37,859 nt of DNA from a virus (Duplodnaviria; Heunggongvirae; Uroviricota; Caudoviricetes): IMG/VR virus record IMGVR_UViG_3300026484_000284, positions 64,001 to 101,859 of that record. One strand, written 5' to 3'. The notes beneath the pieces are model-generated. The model did not search any database. It was not told the DNA's origin and saw only the letters and a program-made list of their open reading frames with translations. Within the stretch, counting starts at the first letter, position 1; each line of letters opens with the position of its first letter. The translations under genes were made by a program, and so were the position numbers. Positions 26,038 through 35,186 of this stretch are shown piece after piece.

Positions 26038-27060
26038 ATGTGTGTAATAATAGCAAAAAAAATAAAAAATATAAACGATGAGTTAGAATGGAACCTTTTT
26101 AAATTTAGGGACAGAGCATATGACCCAAAATATGTTCTTAAATCATTCATCTATAAAAATGTAGAAGTGTTATACCTTAAAGACAAAAAATCAGAATGGA
26201 TTGAAGGGATAAATTCTTTTGGAATAACACTTGTATCTGCTGCCCTTGATAATCATTCAGATGCTTCAATAGGTGGTGGAAGTAACACCTCACAACTTTT
26301 TAGAGATTACTTAAAAACTGCCAATGAAAGAAATAGTATCATCATAAAAAGGGTATTAAGACAAACATCTATTGAAGATGCTCTTGAAGTTCTTGTGGAT
26401 TCAAAATTTATTGGTAATACTTTCTTAACAGATGGTAAAAAACTTTTTAGTATTGAAATATCTATACCTCAAAAAAAATTATTAAATTACAGAAATTCTT
26501 CTGAAGATTTAGCAAATTTAAAATGGTCTGACTTCAAAGCAAAAATTATGAGCAATCTTGAAGAAACCGATTTTAAAGTTTCTGTTAAAGAAGCATCAAC
26601 TGAAAGATTACTTATTAAAACCAACCACTCTATACAAATGAAAAATTTAGGATATCGTCCAGAACATAAAGGTTATAAGTCAAGTGTTAAAAGAAGAGAA
26701 ATTGTTAAAAATTTTACGAAAAGCATTAAAACAGATTCTATTGAGAACATAATGTATCTTTTAACAAATCTTGACAACCCAAAACATTCAAAAAATCCTG
26801 AATTAAGACCACTAAGAACAAAAGAAAAAACTTCATTATCAAAAAAAGAAAAAGAAAAACAAAATATAACTGATTATTATACAACTGATATTTTTGGATT
26901 TTCACCTTCAAAAAGAACAATGTATTTATTACCTATTCATTCAAAAACAGAAAAAGGTAGTTTTGATAATAAAGAAACTCAATGCCATTTTATCACATTA
27001 AGTAGGAGTTTCCTTAAAGAAAACTTATGTGAAATTCTTTATACGGATATTAACGATTAA
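26038..27060 (+). CDS. N-terminal nucleophile (Ntn) hydrolase-like protein, 340 aa
   Basis: AAGGA RBS gives start MCVIIAK (Cys2); FRDR and WIEGINSFG resemble NRDE/C45-type motifs. Confidence 0.6.
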   Translation: MCVIIAKKIKNINDELEWNLFKFRDRAYDPKYVLKSFIYKNVEVLYLKDKKSEWIEGINSFGITLVSAALDNHSDASIGGGSNTSQLFRDYLKTANERNSIIIKRVLRQTSIEDALEVLVDSKFIGNTFLTDGKKLFSIEISIPQKKLLNYRNSSEDLANLKWSDFKAKIMSNLEETDFKVSVKEASTERLLIKTNHSIQMKNLGYRPEHKGYKSSVKRREIVKNFTKSIKTDSIENIMYLLTNLDNPKHSKNPELRPLRTKEKTSLSKKEKEKQNITDYYTTDIFGFSPSKRTMYLLPIHSKTEKGSFDNKETQCHFITLSRSFLKENLCEILYTDIND

Positions 27061-27475
27061 ATTCGTTGAAATTTTCCTGAATTTCTTTTAGTGTCGAATT
27101 TTTAAGATATTTCAAATATTTATATGCCATTTCGTCATTTATTTTGAAATACCACTTTACTGCTTCTAAATAAACCGATTTTTTAATTTTAGGTTTTGAA
27201 GGATATCTAACAAACCCAACTTTCCCAAAAAGCAGTTGTATCAATTCAATAGATTTTTCTTGTGGTATTGCCATAACATTAAACTGATTTAATGTTTCTA
27301 TAAACTTAGGTTCTGAACTTAAATGCTGTAAAAGCATATATTCGCTCACTTTCTTAAACTCTTCTTTGGGTAATTTACCATTAAAAAGTTTTTTGTGATA
27401 GTCAAACATACCTAATTTCTTCTCTTTTTTAACTTCACTTTCTTTTTTATGTTCTTCATCAAAAAATAATCCCAT
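27050..27475 (-). CDS. gp62: Clamp loader small subunit (T4 gp62-like)
   Basis: YMLLQHLS...NQFN...FVRYPSK...LEAVKWYFKINDEMAYKYL; AAGGAG RBS before ATG 27475. Confidence 0.7.
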   Translation of the reverse strand: MGLFFDEEHKKESEVKKEKKLGMFDYHKKLFNGKLPKEEFKKVSEYMLLQHLSSEPKFIETLNQFNVMAIPQEKSIELIQLLFGKVGFVRYPSKPKIKKSVYLEAVKWYFKINDEMAYKYLKYLKNSTLKEIQENFNEFNR

Positions 27476-27485
27476 TTTGTTCTCC

Positions 27486-28025
27486 TTAAAATAGACTCCC
27501 GTCTTCAATAATTATATTTTTAAAAATTTTTTCATCTAATTTCCATCGCATAAATTTCATTAAATAATCTATCTTATTATAAATTATTTTTTGAAAGGTG
27601 TTTAGTTTTTTATTTTTAGATAAAAAGTATAAAGTATAAAAACTTATTTTCCCGTTTTGATATAATTGGAATATCTCATCAATTTCAATTTTTAAACTAT
27701 TTTCCATTAAAAATTCAATGTCTGCCTGTATATATTTTAATGGATTTTTCATAATGTCTTTAAATTTATAATAATTGCTTCTATCTTTTAAATTATCGTG
27801 GCAATAATTCAAAAAGGTTTCAAAGTTACTTGCTGAGTATTTATAAGTTACAAAAATAGCAAGTAAAGCAATGAATTTCTTTTCGTAATTTTTAAAAGGT
27901 AATAAATAACTACTATAATGCTCAATAGTGTTTTTTGTATATTTTACACTTTTTAATCTTTTATTTATTTTCGAACCTTCATATATTCTTCTGAGTAATA
28001 CATATAATTCTAAATCATCGTTCAT
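27486..28025 (-). CDS. gp59: Helicase loader (T4 gp59-like)
   Basis: Position next to gp33; QLYQNGKISFYTLYFL resembles the gp59 C-terminal motif. Confidence 0.5.
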   Translation of the reverse strand: MNDDLELYVLLRRIYEGSKINKRLKSVKYTKNTIEHYSSYLLPFKNYEKKFIALLAIFVTYKYSASNFETFLNYCHDNLKDRSNYYKFKDIMKNPLKYIQADIEFLMENSLKIEIDEIFQLYQNGKISFYTLYFLSKNKKLNTFQKIIYNKIDYLMKFMRWKLDEKIFKNIIIEDGSLF

Positions 28026-28033
28026 AATTTCTC

Positions 28034-28309
28034 CTAAAAGAATCCTAATCCACTTAACTTGTTATCTTTTTGAACTTTTTTGCTCATTGCTAAATTTTTA
28101 ATCACTTCACTTGCCTCGATATAATCTTCAATGTCTTCAACTCGAAAATTGTTTTTTTCGCAAAATCCAAGAATCCCATCTATTAAATCAAGTTGAGGAT
28201 TCTTATTGAGGAACGAAACTATATTATTTTCTAATATAGTAATAATTTGTTCCTTATTTTCAGGAGTTGGGATTATAAATGGTATATCTTTTAATTTTAT
28301 ATTTTTCAT
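28034..28309 (-). CDS. gp33: Late-transcription coactivator (T4 gp33-like)
   Basis: LIDGILGFCEKNNFRVEDI resembles the gp33 helix motif. Confidence 0.65.
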   Translation of the reverse strand: MKNIKLKDIPFIIPTPENKEQIITILENNIVSFLNKNPQLDLIDGILGFCEKNNFRVEDIEDYIEASEVIKNLAMSKKVQKDNKLSGLGFF

Positions 28310-28316
28310 CTTAACC

Positions 28317-29468
28317 TCAATATACCGACATCAATTTTAATAAAAATGCCATTAAAGTAATTTCTTTGTTTTTAGCAATTTTATCCATTTCTTGATACCT
28401 TGCCAATTCCCCAACTATCCCAGGTTGTTTTTGTGCTGGTAAAAATTCGTCCATTTTTTTCCAAAACCAAGTGTAAAAATTTGAAGGGTTATTGAGTAAC
28501 ATAACCATTCCTCTTGTCGTACTATAATTTTTTTCTTTAACTTTTTCCATTAAGTCGGTAAAAATATCATCTACATCCAAATTTTGGAGTTTTAGTTTTC
28601 CATTGACTACATTATCTTGTAATGAAATTGTCATATTTCTCATAGAAGGATAGTGCTTTTTAACTATTTCACCTATATCCTTTTTATCGTACTCAACACC
28701 TTCAATTTCGCAAATATCTATAAGTCTTTTATACATTTTTTTGGCAATTTCGTTTTTATGTTCTTGAAAAATAATATCAAAATCAAAAACAATAAATCTA
28801 CTCAATAAAGGTTCTATGAATCTATCTTTATAGTTTCCTGTTAGAAAAAATCTAACATTACCAGCATATTGCTCAATCACTCCCCTTAAAATATCTTGTG
28901 CTCCTGCACTTCCTTGACTTGAAGTCGTTAGGTTATCTGCTTCGTCTAAAACCAATAGTTTTCTTTTACCTTGTGCTGACATAGTACTTGCAAAACTCAC
29001 GATTTCATTTCTAATGGTCGAAACCGAATTATCCTGAGAAGCATTTATCCATTTTACATCTGAATCTAACTCGTGAATTAAAGCATTTAACATACTTCCC
29101 TTACCTGTATTATGAGATGAAACTTCATTTAGGAAGTATTGGTGCTTTTCACTATCAACAGTTAAGTCATAAACCGGTTTCACTTCATTTGTTTCTTCAA
29201 TAAATAAAACCTCAATAATTCCTTTTTCACTTAAAATTTCTTGACCTATTTTTAAATCTTTTGAATAAACCCATCCGTTTTCAATTTCAAAAAGATGATT
29301 TTCGGCGACCTCCATAAAGTCAAGTTCTTCATTATATTCATAATATACTATAATAGTTTTCTCTTTTTTTGTTACGGATGCTATAACATTTTCAAATCCT
29401 GTATCTGTTTTAATTTTTAAAGTTGAATTATTGAAATAATAATCCAAATTTTTTACATCAATTAACAT
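28317..29468 (-). CDS. gp44: Clamp loader large subunit gp44, C-terminal part preceded by a 120-aa IntC
   Basis: VSSHN|TGKGS...INAS...LVLDEADNL...QDILRGVIE...TGNY...LLSRF RFC motifs. Confidence 0.92.
   Translation of the reverse strand: MLIDVKNLDYYFNNSTLKIKTDTGFENVIASVTKKEKTIIVYYEYNEELDFMEVAENHLFEIENGWVYSKDLKIGQEILSEKGIIEVLFIEETNEVKPVYDLTVDSEKHQYFLNEVSSHNTGKGSMLNALIHELDSDVKWINASQDNSVSTIRNEIVSFASTMSAQGKRKLLVLDEADNLTTSSQGSAGAQDILRGVIEQYAGNVRFFLTGNYKDRFIEPLLSRFIVFDFDIIFQEHKNEIAKKMYKRLIDICEIEGVEYDKKDIGEIVKKHYPSMRNMTISLQDNVVNGKLKLQNLDVDDIFTDLMEKVKEKNYSTTRGMVMLLNNPSNFYTWFWKKMDEFLPAQKQPGIVGELARYQEMDKIAKNKEITLMAFLLKLMSVY
29109..29468 (-). mobile_element. Split intein C-fragment of gp44 (120 aa)
   Basis: KIKTDTGF, AENH block B, VYDLTV block F, SHN/T block G; own AAGGAG RBS. 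Confidence 0.9.
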
Positions 29469-30187
29469 TTTATCTCCTTAATAAATTTTTCAAATTCTTG
29501 TGGTAACAAAATAATGGCACCAAATTTGAATTCTTTGTAAATCATTTTAGCATCATATTCATAATTACCTTTCAAACCAGCAATTTCTATATACATATTT
29601 TTTGAAGGAATATAAAAATCACATCGCATTCTTGAATTAGTATAATGTTTTTCCAATTCAAATTTTATATCATTTTCTTTCAATAAATCATAAAAATTTA
29701 TTTCATAACTACTTCTCAATAAACCTTCACTGACTTTTTTTGTATATCCATATCTTGATTTATGATTTTCAATGGGATTATATAAAACCCCAATCTTATT
29801 TTCAATATCACTTTTAAAAAATTTTATGGGCTTAATAAATTCTTTAGGCACCACGAAATTACAATAATTTTTATATTTTTCAACATAAAAATCAATATAA
29901 CTATTTTTTGAAGAATATTTTTTGAGAATTATATCATTTAATTGTTTGTTTTTTGAAATTGATTCTTTCGTATATTTTTTTAAATAACATTCACAATATT
30001 CTTCAAAATCCTTCGAATAAGTCCAATCCATTTTTATTCTATCAAAGTATTTTTGAATCGTGCTTCTGTTTTGTAATGATTCTTTCCATTTGTTTTGTCT
30101 TGACTTCCAAATCTGAAACGCCACACCAATAGGATATTTTTTAATTAGTTTTTCAAGTGAAAAGGTTGTTTGTCTTTCTTTCAACAT
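29462..30187 (-). CDS. Homing-endonuclease-like PD-(D/E)xK (Vsr/DUF559-type) protein between the gp44 halves; frame open upstream to 30268
   Basis: LRSSYE...RCDFYIP...YIEIAG; location inside a fractured gene. Confidence 0.7.
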   Translation of the reverse strand: MLKERQTTFSLEKLIKKYPIGVAFQIWKSRQNKWKESLQNRSTIQKYFDRIKMDWTYSKDFEEYCECYLKKYTKESISKNKQLNDIILKKYSSKNSYIDFYVEKYKNYCNFVVPKEFIKPIKFFKSDIENKIGVLYNPIENHKSRYGYTKKVSEGLLRSSYEINFYDLLKENDIKFELEKHYTNSRMRCDFYIPSKNMYIEIAGLKGNYEYDAKMIYKEFKFGAIILLPQEFEKFIKEIKC

Positions 30188-30263
30188 TTTTTTAGCAGTT
30201 CCCTCATCATATCCTTTTTCTAAATAGTATTCAATTCTTGTCGTAAAAGTTTTTTTATATTTT

Positions 30264-30279
30264 TCAGGGGTGTTCCTTT
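30264..30279 (-). other. Candidate +1 ribosomal frameshift cassette AAAGGAA-CAC-CCC-TGA
   Basis: The +1 frame continues PEKYKKTFTTRIEYYLEKGYDEGTAKK without a stop into the endonuclease ORF. Confidence 0.5.
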
Positions 30280-30998
30280 ACTAACTTTGATTTGATTTTC
30301 CCGTTTTTTGATTGTATCATAAATACTTGTTTTTGTGCTTCTTCAATACTAAATCCTCTATTAACCCAAAATGAAACGGTTGAAGGTTGCTGCTTTTCAA
30401 AAAAATCCATCTCTTTATTGTCAATAATCGCTTTTCTAAGTTTTAATAAAGTAACTTTTCCGTCTATATTTTGTTTAAAATTCAAATCTTTAAAATCATT
30501 CTCAAAGTATTTTTTTCTTCTTCTAATTCTTTTAGTTGTCTCGACTGCTTCTTCAAAAGTTTTAAAATTTAACCAATAAATGAATTTAGGATATTTACTT
30601 TTGAATTTCTTATCTTCTTTAATTAAATTTATTATACGACTTTTATTTTTATCCCAATTTTCTGAAATTTTTTTATATGCTATTTCATTTACTTCAAAAG
30701 TATCTTTTGAAACTTCATAGGTTAAGTTTTCAAATAATGTTTTTGATTTTAACAACGGGAATTTCTTCAATAATTCTTTTTTATGTAAAGAATCAACTCT
30801 AACTTCCACATTATTACCTTCAACACTACACCCTGGAGTGCTACTTACAAACATAATATTCGGAATATTACTTTTATCTATATACTCTTGAAATTTTTCC
30901 ATAAGATAATCTGGTAAAACCACATCCTTTAATCTTTGGGGGCGATATTTCTCAACCCATAAGTCGTTAAACTTTTCATTATACACTAAATCTGGCAT
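30264..30998 (-). CDS. gp44: Clamp loader gp44 N-terminal 56 aa, IntN, and endonuclease-associated tail
   Basis: LWVEKYRPQRLKDVVLP RFC box; SSTPG|CSVEGN intein start in Walker A. Confidence 0.9.
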   Translation of the reverse strand: MPDLVYNEKFNDLWVEKYRPQRLKDVVLPDYLMEKFQEYIDKSNIPNIMFVSSTPGCSVEGNNVEVRVDSLHKKELLKKFPLLKSKTLFENLTYEVSKDTFEVNEIAYKKISENWDKNKSRIINLIKEDKKFKSKYPKFIYWLNFKTFEEAVETTKRIRRRKKYFENDFKDLNFKQNIDGKVTLLKLRKAIIDNKEMDFFEKQQPSTVSFWVNRGFSIEEAQKQVFMIQSKNGKIKSKLVKEHP

Positions 30999-31050
30999 TT
31001 GTTCTCCTTTGTTTAATAAACTTCATGTGCCATTCACTTTTTGTTTTATA

Positions 31051-31079
31051 ATTATACCATAAATAAAAACAAAAGTCAA
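31051..31079 (-). promoter_or_regulatory. Class I promoter TTGACT-N17-TATAAT with extended -10 (TGnTATAAT)
   Basis: -35 at 31079-31074, -10 at 31056-31051. Confidence 0.85.
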
Positions 31080-31087
31080 GTAGATTT

Positions 31088-32086
31088 TTAATAATCTACT
31101 CGTTGAAACCTTAAATCTTTCATAACATTTTGTCTGATATCTACTTCAATGCTATTTTTTGAAGGGTCGTTTTCTTTTTCACCTGTTCCCATACCACTCC
31201 AACCTTTTGAACCAGCAGAAATATCGAATTCATCACTTACAAACGATGTCATTCTACATTCATTATTCGTATCATCTTCATCTATTTTGGCAAATTCATT
31301 TTTACATTCTTTAAGTGCCATAACTACATCGTTTTCTGCACTATTAAAATGTGCTCGGAATGTTCCTTTACCATTTACTAAATAAAAATTATACTGAATT
31401 TTTATAGGTTTATTAAATGAAATTTCATATGAAGTGCCCGATGAATTATAATCCACTATATCGTTATCATCATTTAAGGCATAAGCATTCAATAAATCTA
31501 AGGTACTTTGTTTGATTTTTTCGGGAATTTCAATTAAAAATTTCTTTGGTCGAATAGCAAAATTGTCAGTACTATATTCTATATAATGACTTGTTTCTTT
31601 CTTTAAAGTAACATTATAACATCTATAATATGGTTCTGTACTTGAATAAATATAATATAAACCTGACTCCAAATCATCAGTAATTTCTTTAACTTTTTTG
31701 AAAGAATTTAAAGTAATTGGGCACTCAACCTCATTAGAAACAAATTCAACTTCATCCTTATCATAATCAAATCTTACTTTTACATTTTTAAAAGTGTTAT
31801 TCACTTCAAAAGGTAAAATAGGTAAAAAAAATTTACTTGAAGTTATATTCTCATCATTAGCATATAACGATATTTTAACATTTTCTATCTCTGGACATTT
31901 ATTTTTGAATTTTAATAAAAAAATTTGACCTGATATTTTTGTAGTTATACTATATGACGATTCTAAATCAAAAGCATTTAAGCATTGATTTGAGTCTTTC
32001 ACTAATTTTTTATCAGATTCGCTTGTTTTTAGACAAGACCCGTTTAACCCTAATATCAATAAAGGTATTAGAAATAGTTTTTTCAT
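31088..32086 (-). CDS. Exported hypothetical protein, probably late, 332 aa
   Basis: Signal peptide MKKLFLIPLLILGLNG; TAAATA at 32120-32115. Confidence 0.75.
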   Translation of the reverse strand: MKKLFLIPLLILGLNGSCLKTSESDKKLVKDSNQCLNAFDLESSYSITTKISGQIFLLKFKNKCPEIENVKISLYANDENITSSKFFLPILPFEVNNTFKNVKVRFDYDKDEVEFVSNEVECPITLNSFKKVKEITDDLESGLYYIYSSTEPYYRCYNVTLKKETSHYIEYSTDNFAIRPKKFLIEIPEKIKQSTLDLLNAYALNDDNDIVDYNSSGTSYEISFNKPIKIQYNFYLVNGKGTFRAHFNSAENDVVMALKECKNEFAKIDEDDTNNECRMTSFVSDEFDISAGSKGWSGMGTGEKENDPSKNSIEVDIRQNVMKDLRFQRVDY

Positions 32087-32125
32087 AATTTATCCTTTTT
32101 TATGATTGCATAATTATTTAACAAT

Positions 32126-33811
32126 CTAATTTTTTACGATTTTACTATAACCCTTATTTTCAATTGTATAAATCTTATTGAAAATATCTTTATTTTTTAT
32201 ATCTTTATTATGGGTTATAAGAATTATCTCTTTTTCTATAAAATTTTTATGCAATAATTCCAGAATTTCATCAACACCATCCTCATCTAAACTGCCATTT
32301 ATGAACTCATCTAAAAATAATATATTAAATGAAATTTTACTTTTTATTTCACTCAATTTCAAAAAAGCAAATAAAATAGCAATTATAACTCTCATTTTTT
32401 GTCCATTACTTAATGAGTTGAAACTATAATCTTTATTCCTATATATGATTCTTTCTTTGAAAAATTTATCTAAAATAAAATTATAAGACATTCCTAATTT
32501 TTCTAAATATAAATTTATGTGATAATTCAAAATTGGTATCTGCTCATCTATCAACTCACCTTTAAGGTTATCTTCACTTAACAAGATTTCAAGTTCTTTT
32601 AGGTCATTTATTTTTTGTGATAAATCGATATATTCATCTTTAAATTTTTTTAACGATTCTTTTTTCTCATCGATTAGTAAAGTATTTACCTCAATTTCTT
32701 TAAGATTTTTTATTTCATTTATTTTATTTTTTAAATCTATTATCTTTTTTTCTGCTTCAATTTGTTTAAATTGTTCCATTTTCAACTCAGAAATTTTATG
32801 TTTTTCAACATCAATATCTCTTAAAATGATTTCAAGATTTTTTTCAAAAGAAGATATATCCTCTTTTATCTTTTTAGCAGTTTCAACTTCATTTTTATAA
32901 TCAAAATCAAATTTTGCCATTATTTCGTTACCACATTTCTCGCAGATTATTTTTTCATTTTCTGCTTTTTTAAATGCCTTTATATTTATGATATGCTTTT
33001 GTATATTGTTTTTAAAACTTTTTAGTTGATTTTCAATCATACTTTTTCTAGATAGTAATTTTTCAAGTGTAGTATTATCAATTTCTATCTTTTTTTCTAG
33101 CAATTTTTCAAGTGTTTTAATTTCATTTTCATAATTAGAGATTAGTTCTTGTTTTTTATCAATTATTTCTTGCTTTTGTTTTTTTGCTTTATTATATTCA
33201 TTTTGTAAAGTTATAATATCACTTTTTAAAGTAGAAGTTTTAAACTCATTTTCTTTCATCAAGTCCTGAATATGTTTTTTATAGTTTTTAACTTTTTCTT
33301 TAATCTCGTTAAAAATAGAAGTATCTAAAAGTATTTGAAAAACTTGTTCTTTTTCTTTGGGGGATAATTCCATAAAATTTTTGCTATTAGTAACATTCGC
33401 TCCCAGATATAATAATTGCCCAAAAATCAATTCATTAAACCCAATCATTTCTTCGAATTTCTTCTGGTAATCTTTAGACTTAGCATCCAAGTCTAAAATT
33501 TTACCATTTACATATATTTCAAAAATGTTAGGTTTCATTCCTCTTTTAATAAAATATAAATCATCATTTATCATAAATTCAAGGGTAACTAATAATTTTT
33601 TACCTGCTGTGTCATTTATCATTTCTGCTAATTTAACTTTATTGAGTGATTTACCAAATAAAGCAAAGTATATTGCTGTCCCAATGGTTGATTTTCCTTG
33701 CCCATTTTTGCCTGACAATAAAGTCAATCCTGTCTCAGAAAATTCAATTGATTGTTCTTTTGAGTAAGACATAAAATTTTGTAGTGTCAATTTTTTGAAA
33801 TGAATTTTCAT
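32126..33811 (-). CDS. gp46: Recombination nuclease ATPase subunit (gp46, SbcC/Rad50-like)
   Basis: GKNGQGKST, coiled coil with CEKC zinc hook, LSNGQK signature, LFLDE, IILITH. Confidence 0.95.
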   Translation of the reverse strand: MKIHFKKLTLQNFMSYSKEQSIEFSETGLTLLSGKNGQGKSTIGTAIYFALFGKSLNKVKLAEMINDTAGKKLLVTLEFMINDDLYFIKRGMKPNIFEIYVNGKILDLDAKSKDYQKKFEEMIGFNELIFGQLLYLGANVTNSKNFMELSPKEKEQVFQILLDTSIFNEIKEKVKNYKKHIQDLMKENEFKTSTLKSDIITLQNEYNKAKKQKQEIIDKKQELISNYENEIKTLEKLLEKKIEIDNTTLEKLLSRKSMIENQLKSFKNNIQKHIINIKAFKKAENEKIICEKCGNEIMAKFDFDYKNEVETAKKIKEDISSFEKNLEIILRDIDVEKHKISELKMEQFKQIEAEKKIIDLKNKINEIKNLKEIEVNTLLIDEKKESLKKFKDEYIDLSQKINDLKELEILLSEDNLKGELIDEQIPILNYHINLYLEKLGMSYNFILDKFFKERIIYRNKDYSFNSLSNGQKMRVIIAILFAFLKLSEIKSKISFNILFLDEFINGSLDEDGVDEILELLHKNFIEKEIILITHNKDIKNKDIFNKIYTIENKGYSKIVKN

Positions 33812-33829
33812 ATTTACTCCTGTATAATT

Positions 33830-34108
33830 TTACTTACTGTCATCTTCTTTTTCTTTGTCTTCTTTATCTGTTTTATCTTCTTCAGGTTCTTCCTCAATGA
33901 CTTTATACCTTATAATTTCTGTTAAAGGAAACGAAGTTCTATCCCCGTGGTCGTCAAATACCCAGAAAGTATTGTCATCGTCATCTATAGAATCTAATTT
34001 ATACCATTTTGTATCTATTAAAACTTTTAATGATTTTTCATCAATAAGTAATTGTTTTAACTTTTTTAAATTATCACTATTTATTTCCTCTAAAATTTGT
34101 CTAAGCAT
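33830..34108 (-). CDS. Hypothetical protein between gp47 and gp46, 92 aa
   Basis: ORF with acidic tail. Confidence 0.7.
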   Translation of the reverse strand: MLRQILEEINSDNLKKLKQLLIDEKSLKVLIDTKWYKLDSIDDDDNTFWVFDDHGDRTSFPLTEIIRYKVIEEEPEEDKTDKEDKEKEDDSK

Positions 34109-34111
34109 TTC

Positions 34112-35158
34112 TCACCCTTCATTATTAAATTTTAATACCTCATTTAAAATAGTATTAAGTTTTGAATCCAATCTTTTTTTGATGTATTCTAACCCCTTTA
34201 CTTGAATATCTTCTTCAAGAATTTCTTTTTCTTTTGGGTCATATTTAATGTCTATCAACTCACTCAATTCCACATTATTCAAAACTTCAAATTCAAAATT
34301 CTTCTGTTTTAAGTCATATAAAATTTCATTATATTTACTATCTTTTGCTACATTGATATAGACATTGAATATATTTTTTTGGAGTATCTTTAGAATATCT
34401 TCATTCAATTCATCAAAATAAATGTCTTCGCCCAATCCACTTATTGTCCAAGGTTTTTTGTTATTGTCATCGTATTTTAACTTTATATGCATTGGAGAAG
34501 TTTCATTTTTTATAAATTCAATGTTCTTATCTGTATCAAGTATATAAAAACCTTTTACTTCTTCATAATCTCCCCATTCAAGTTGATATGGGGTACCAAT
34601 ATACATAACATTATCCTTTAACGATTTGTTATGATAATGTCCACTGAAAACCATTTTTGCTTTTGAAAATGTTTTAATGTCTATTTCTCCTGCGATATAT
34701 TTATCAATATCTTTAAATTCAAAATGACCTAAAACAAAATCATTATATTCTTTTGGGATGTCATTTTTACTATCTATAATCCAGGGAACAAGAGTTAAAT
34801 TTTCCAAATGAGTAACTTCATCTATATTGATAAACCCATCATAAAACTTGTTTAAATGTTTTACCAAACTTACATCACTCCTATTTCTAAAATATAAATC
34901 GTGATTTCCTTGAATGTTATAAAAAGTAATACTAAATTCTTTCAATAATTCTATAAATTCATTCACAAAATCATTAAAAAAATTTATATCAATTATAGAC
35001 CTATTATCAAATAAGTCTCCCATTGAAATACATATCTTTATCTCTTTCTCTTGCATGACCTTAAACATTTCACGAAAAAATTCAATTTGAATATCAAAAA
35101 TTTTTTTACTAAAATTCTTTTTTCCGAAATGTGGGTCACCCACTAAAACACATTTCAA
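34112..35158 (-). CDS. gp47: Recombination nuclease subunit (gp47, SbcD/Mre11-like)
   Basis: GDPHFG, GDLFD, GNHD, GHFE, FSGHYH, YIGTPYQL motifs. Confidence 0.95.
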   Translation of the reverse strand: MKCVLVGDPHFGKKNFSKKIFDIQIEFFREMFKVMQEKEIKICISMGDLFDNRSIIDINFFNDFVNEFIELLKEFSITFYNIQGNHDLYFRNRSDVSLVKHLNKFYDGFINIDEVTHLENLTLVPWIIDSKNDIPKEYNDFVLGHFEFKDIDKYIAGEIDIKTFSKAKMVFSGHYHNKSLKDNVMYIGTPYQLEWGDYEEVKGFYILDTDKNIEFIKNETSPMHIKLKYDDNNKKPWTISGLGEDIYFDELNEDILKILQKNIFNVYINVAKDSKYNEILYDLKQKNFEFEVLNNVELSELIDIKYDPKEKEILEEDIQVKGLEYIKKRLDSKLNTILNEVLKFNNEG

Positions 35159-35186
35159 TCCAATCTCCTTGATATAATTTTTTATA

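Noticed and set aside
29455-29475. Frameshift joining the endonuclease to the gp44 IntC to give a contiguous intein
   Set aside because: No slippery sequence; IntC has its own AAGGAG RBS and ATG, so a true split is more parsimonious
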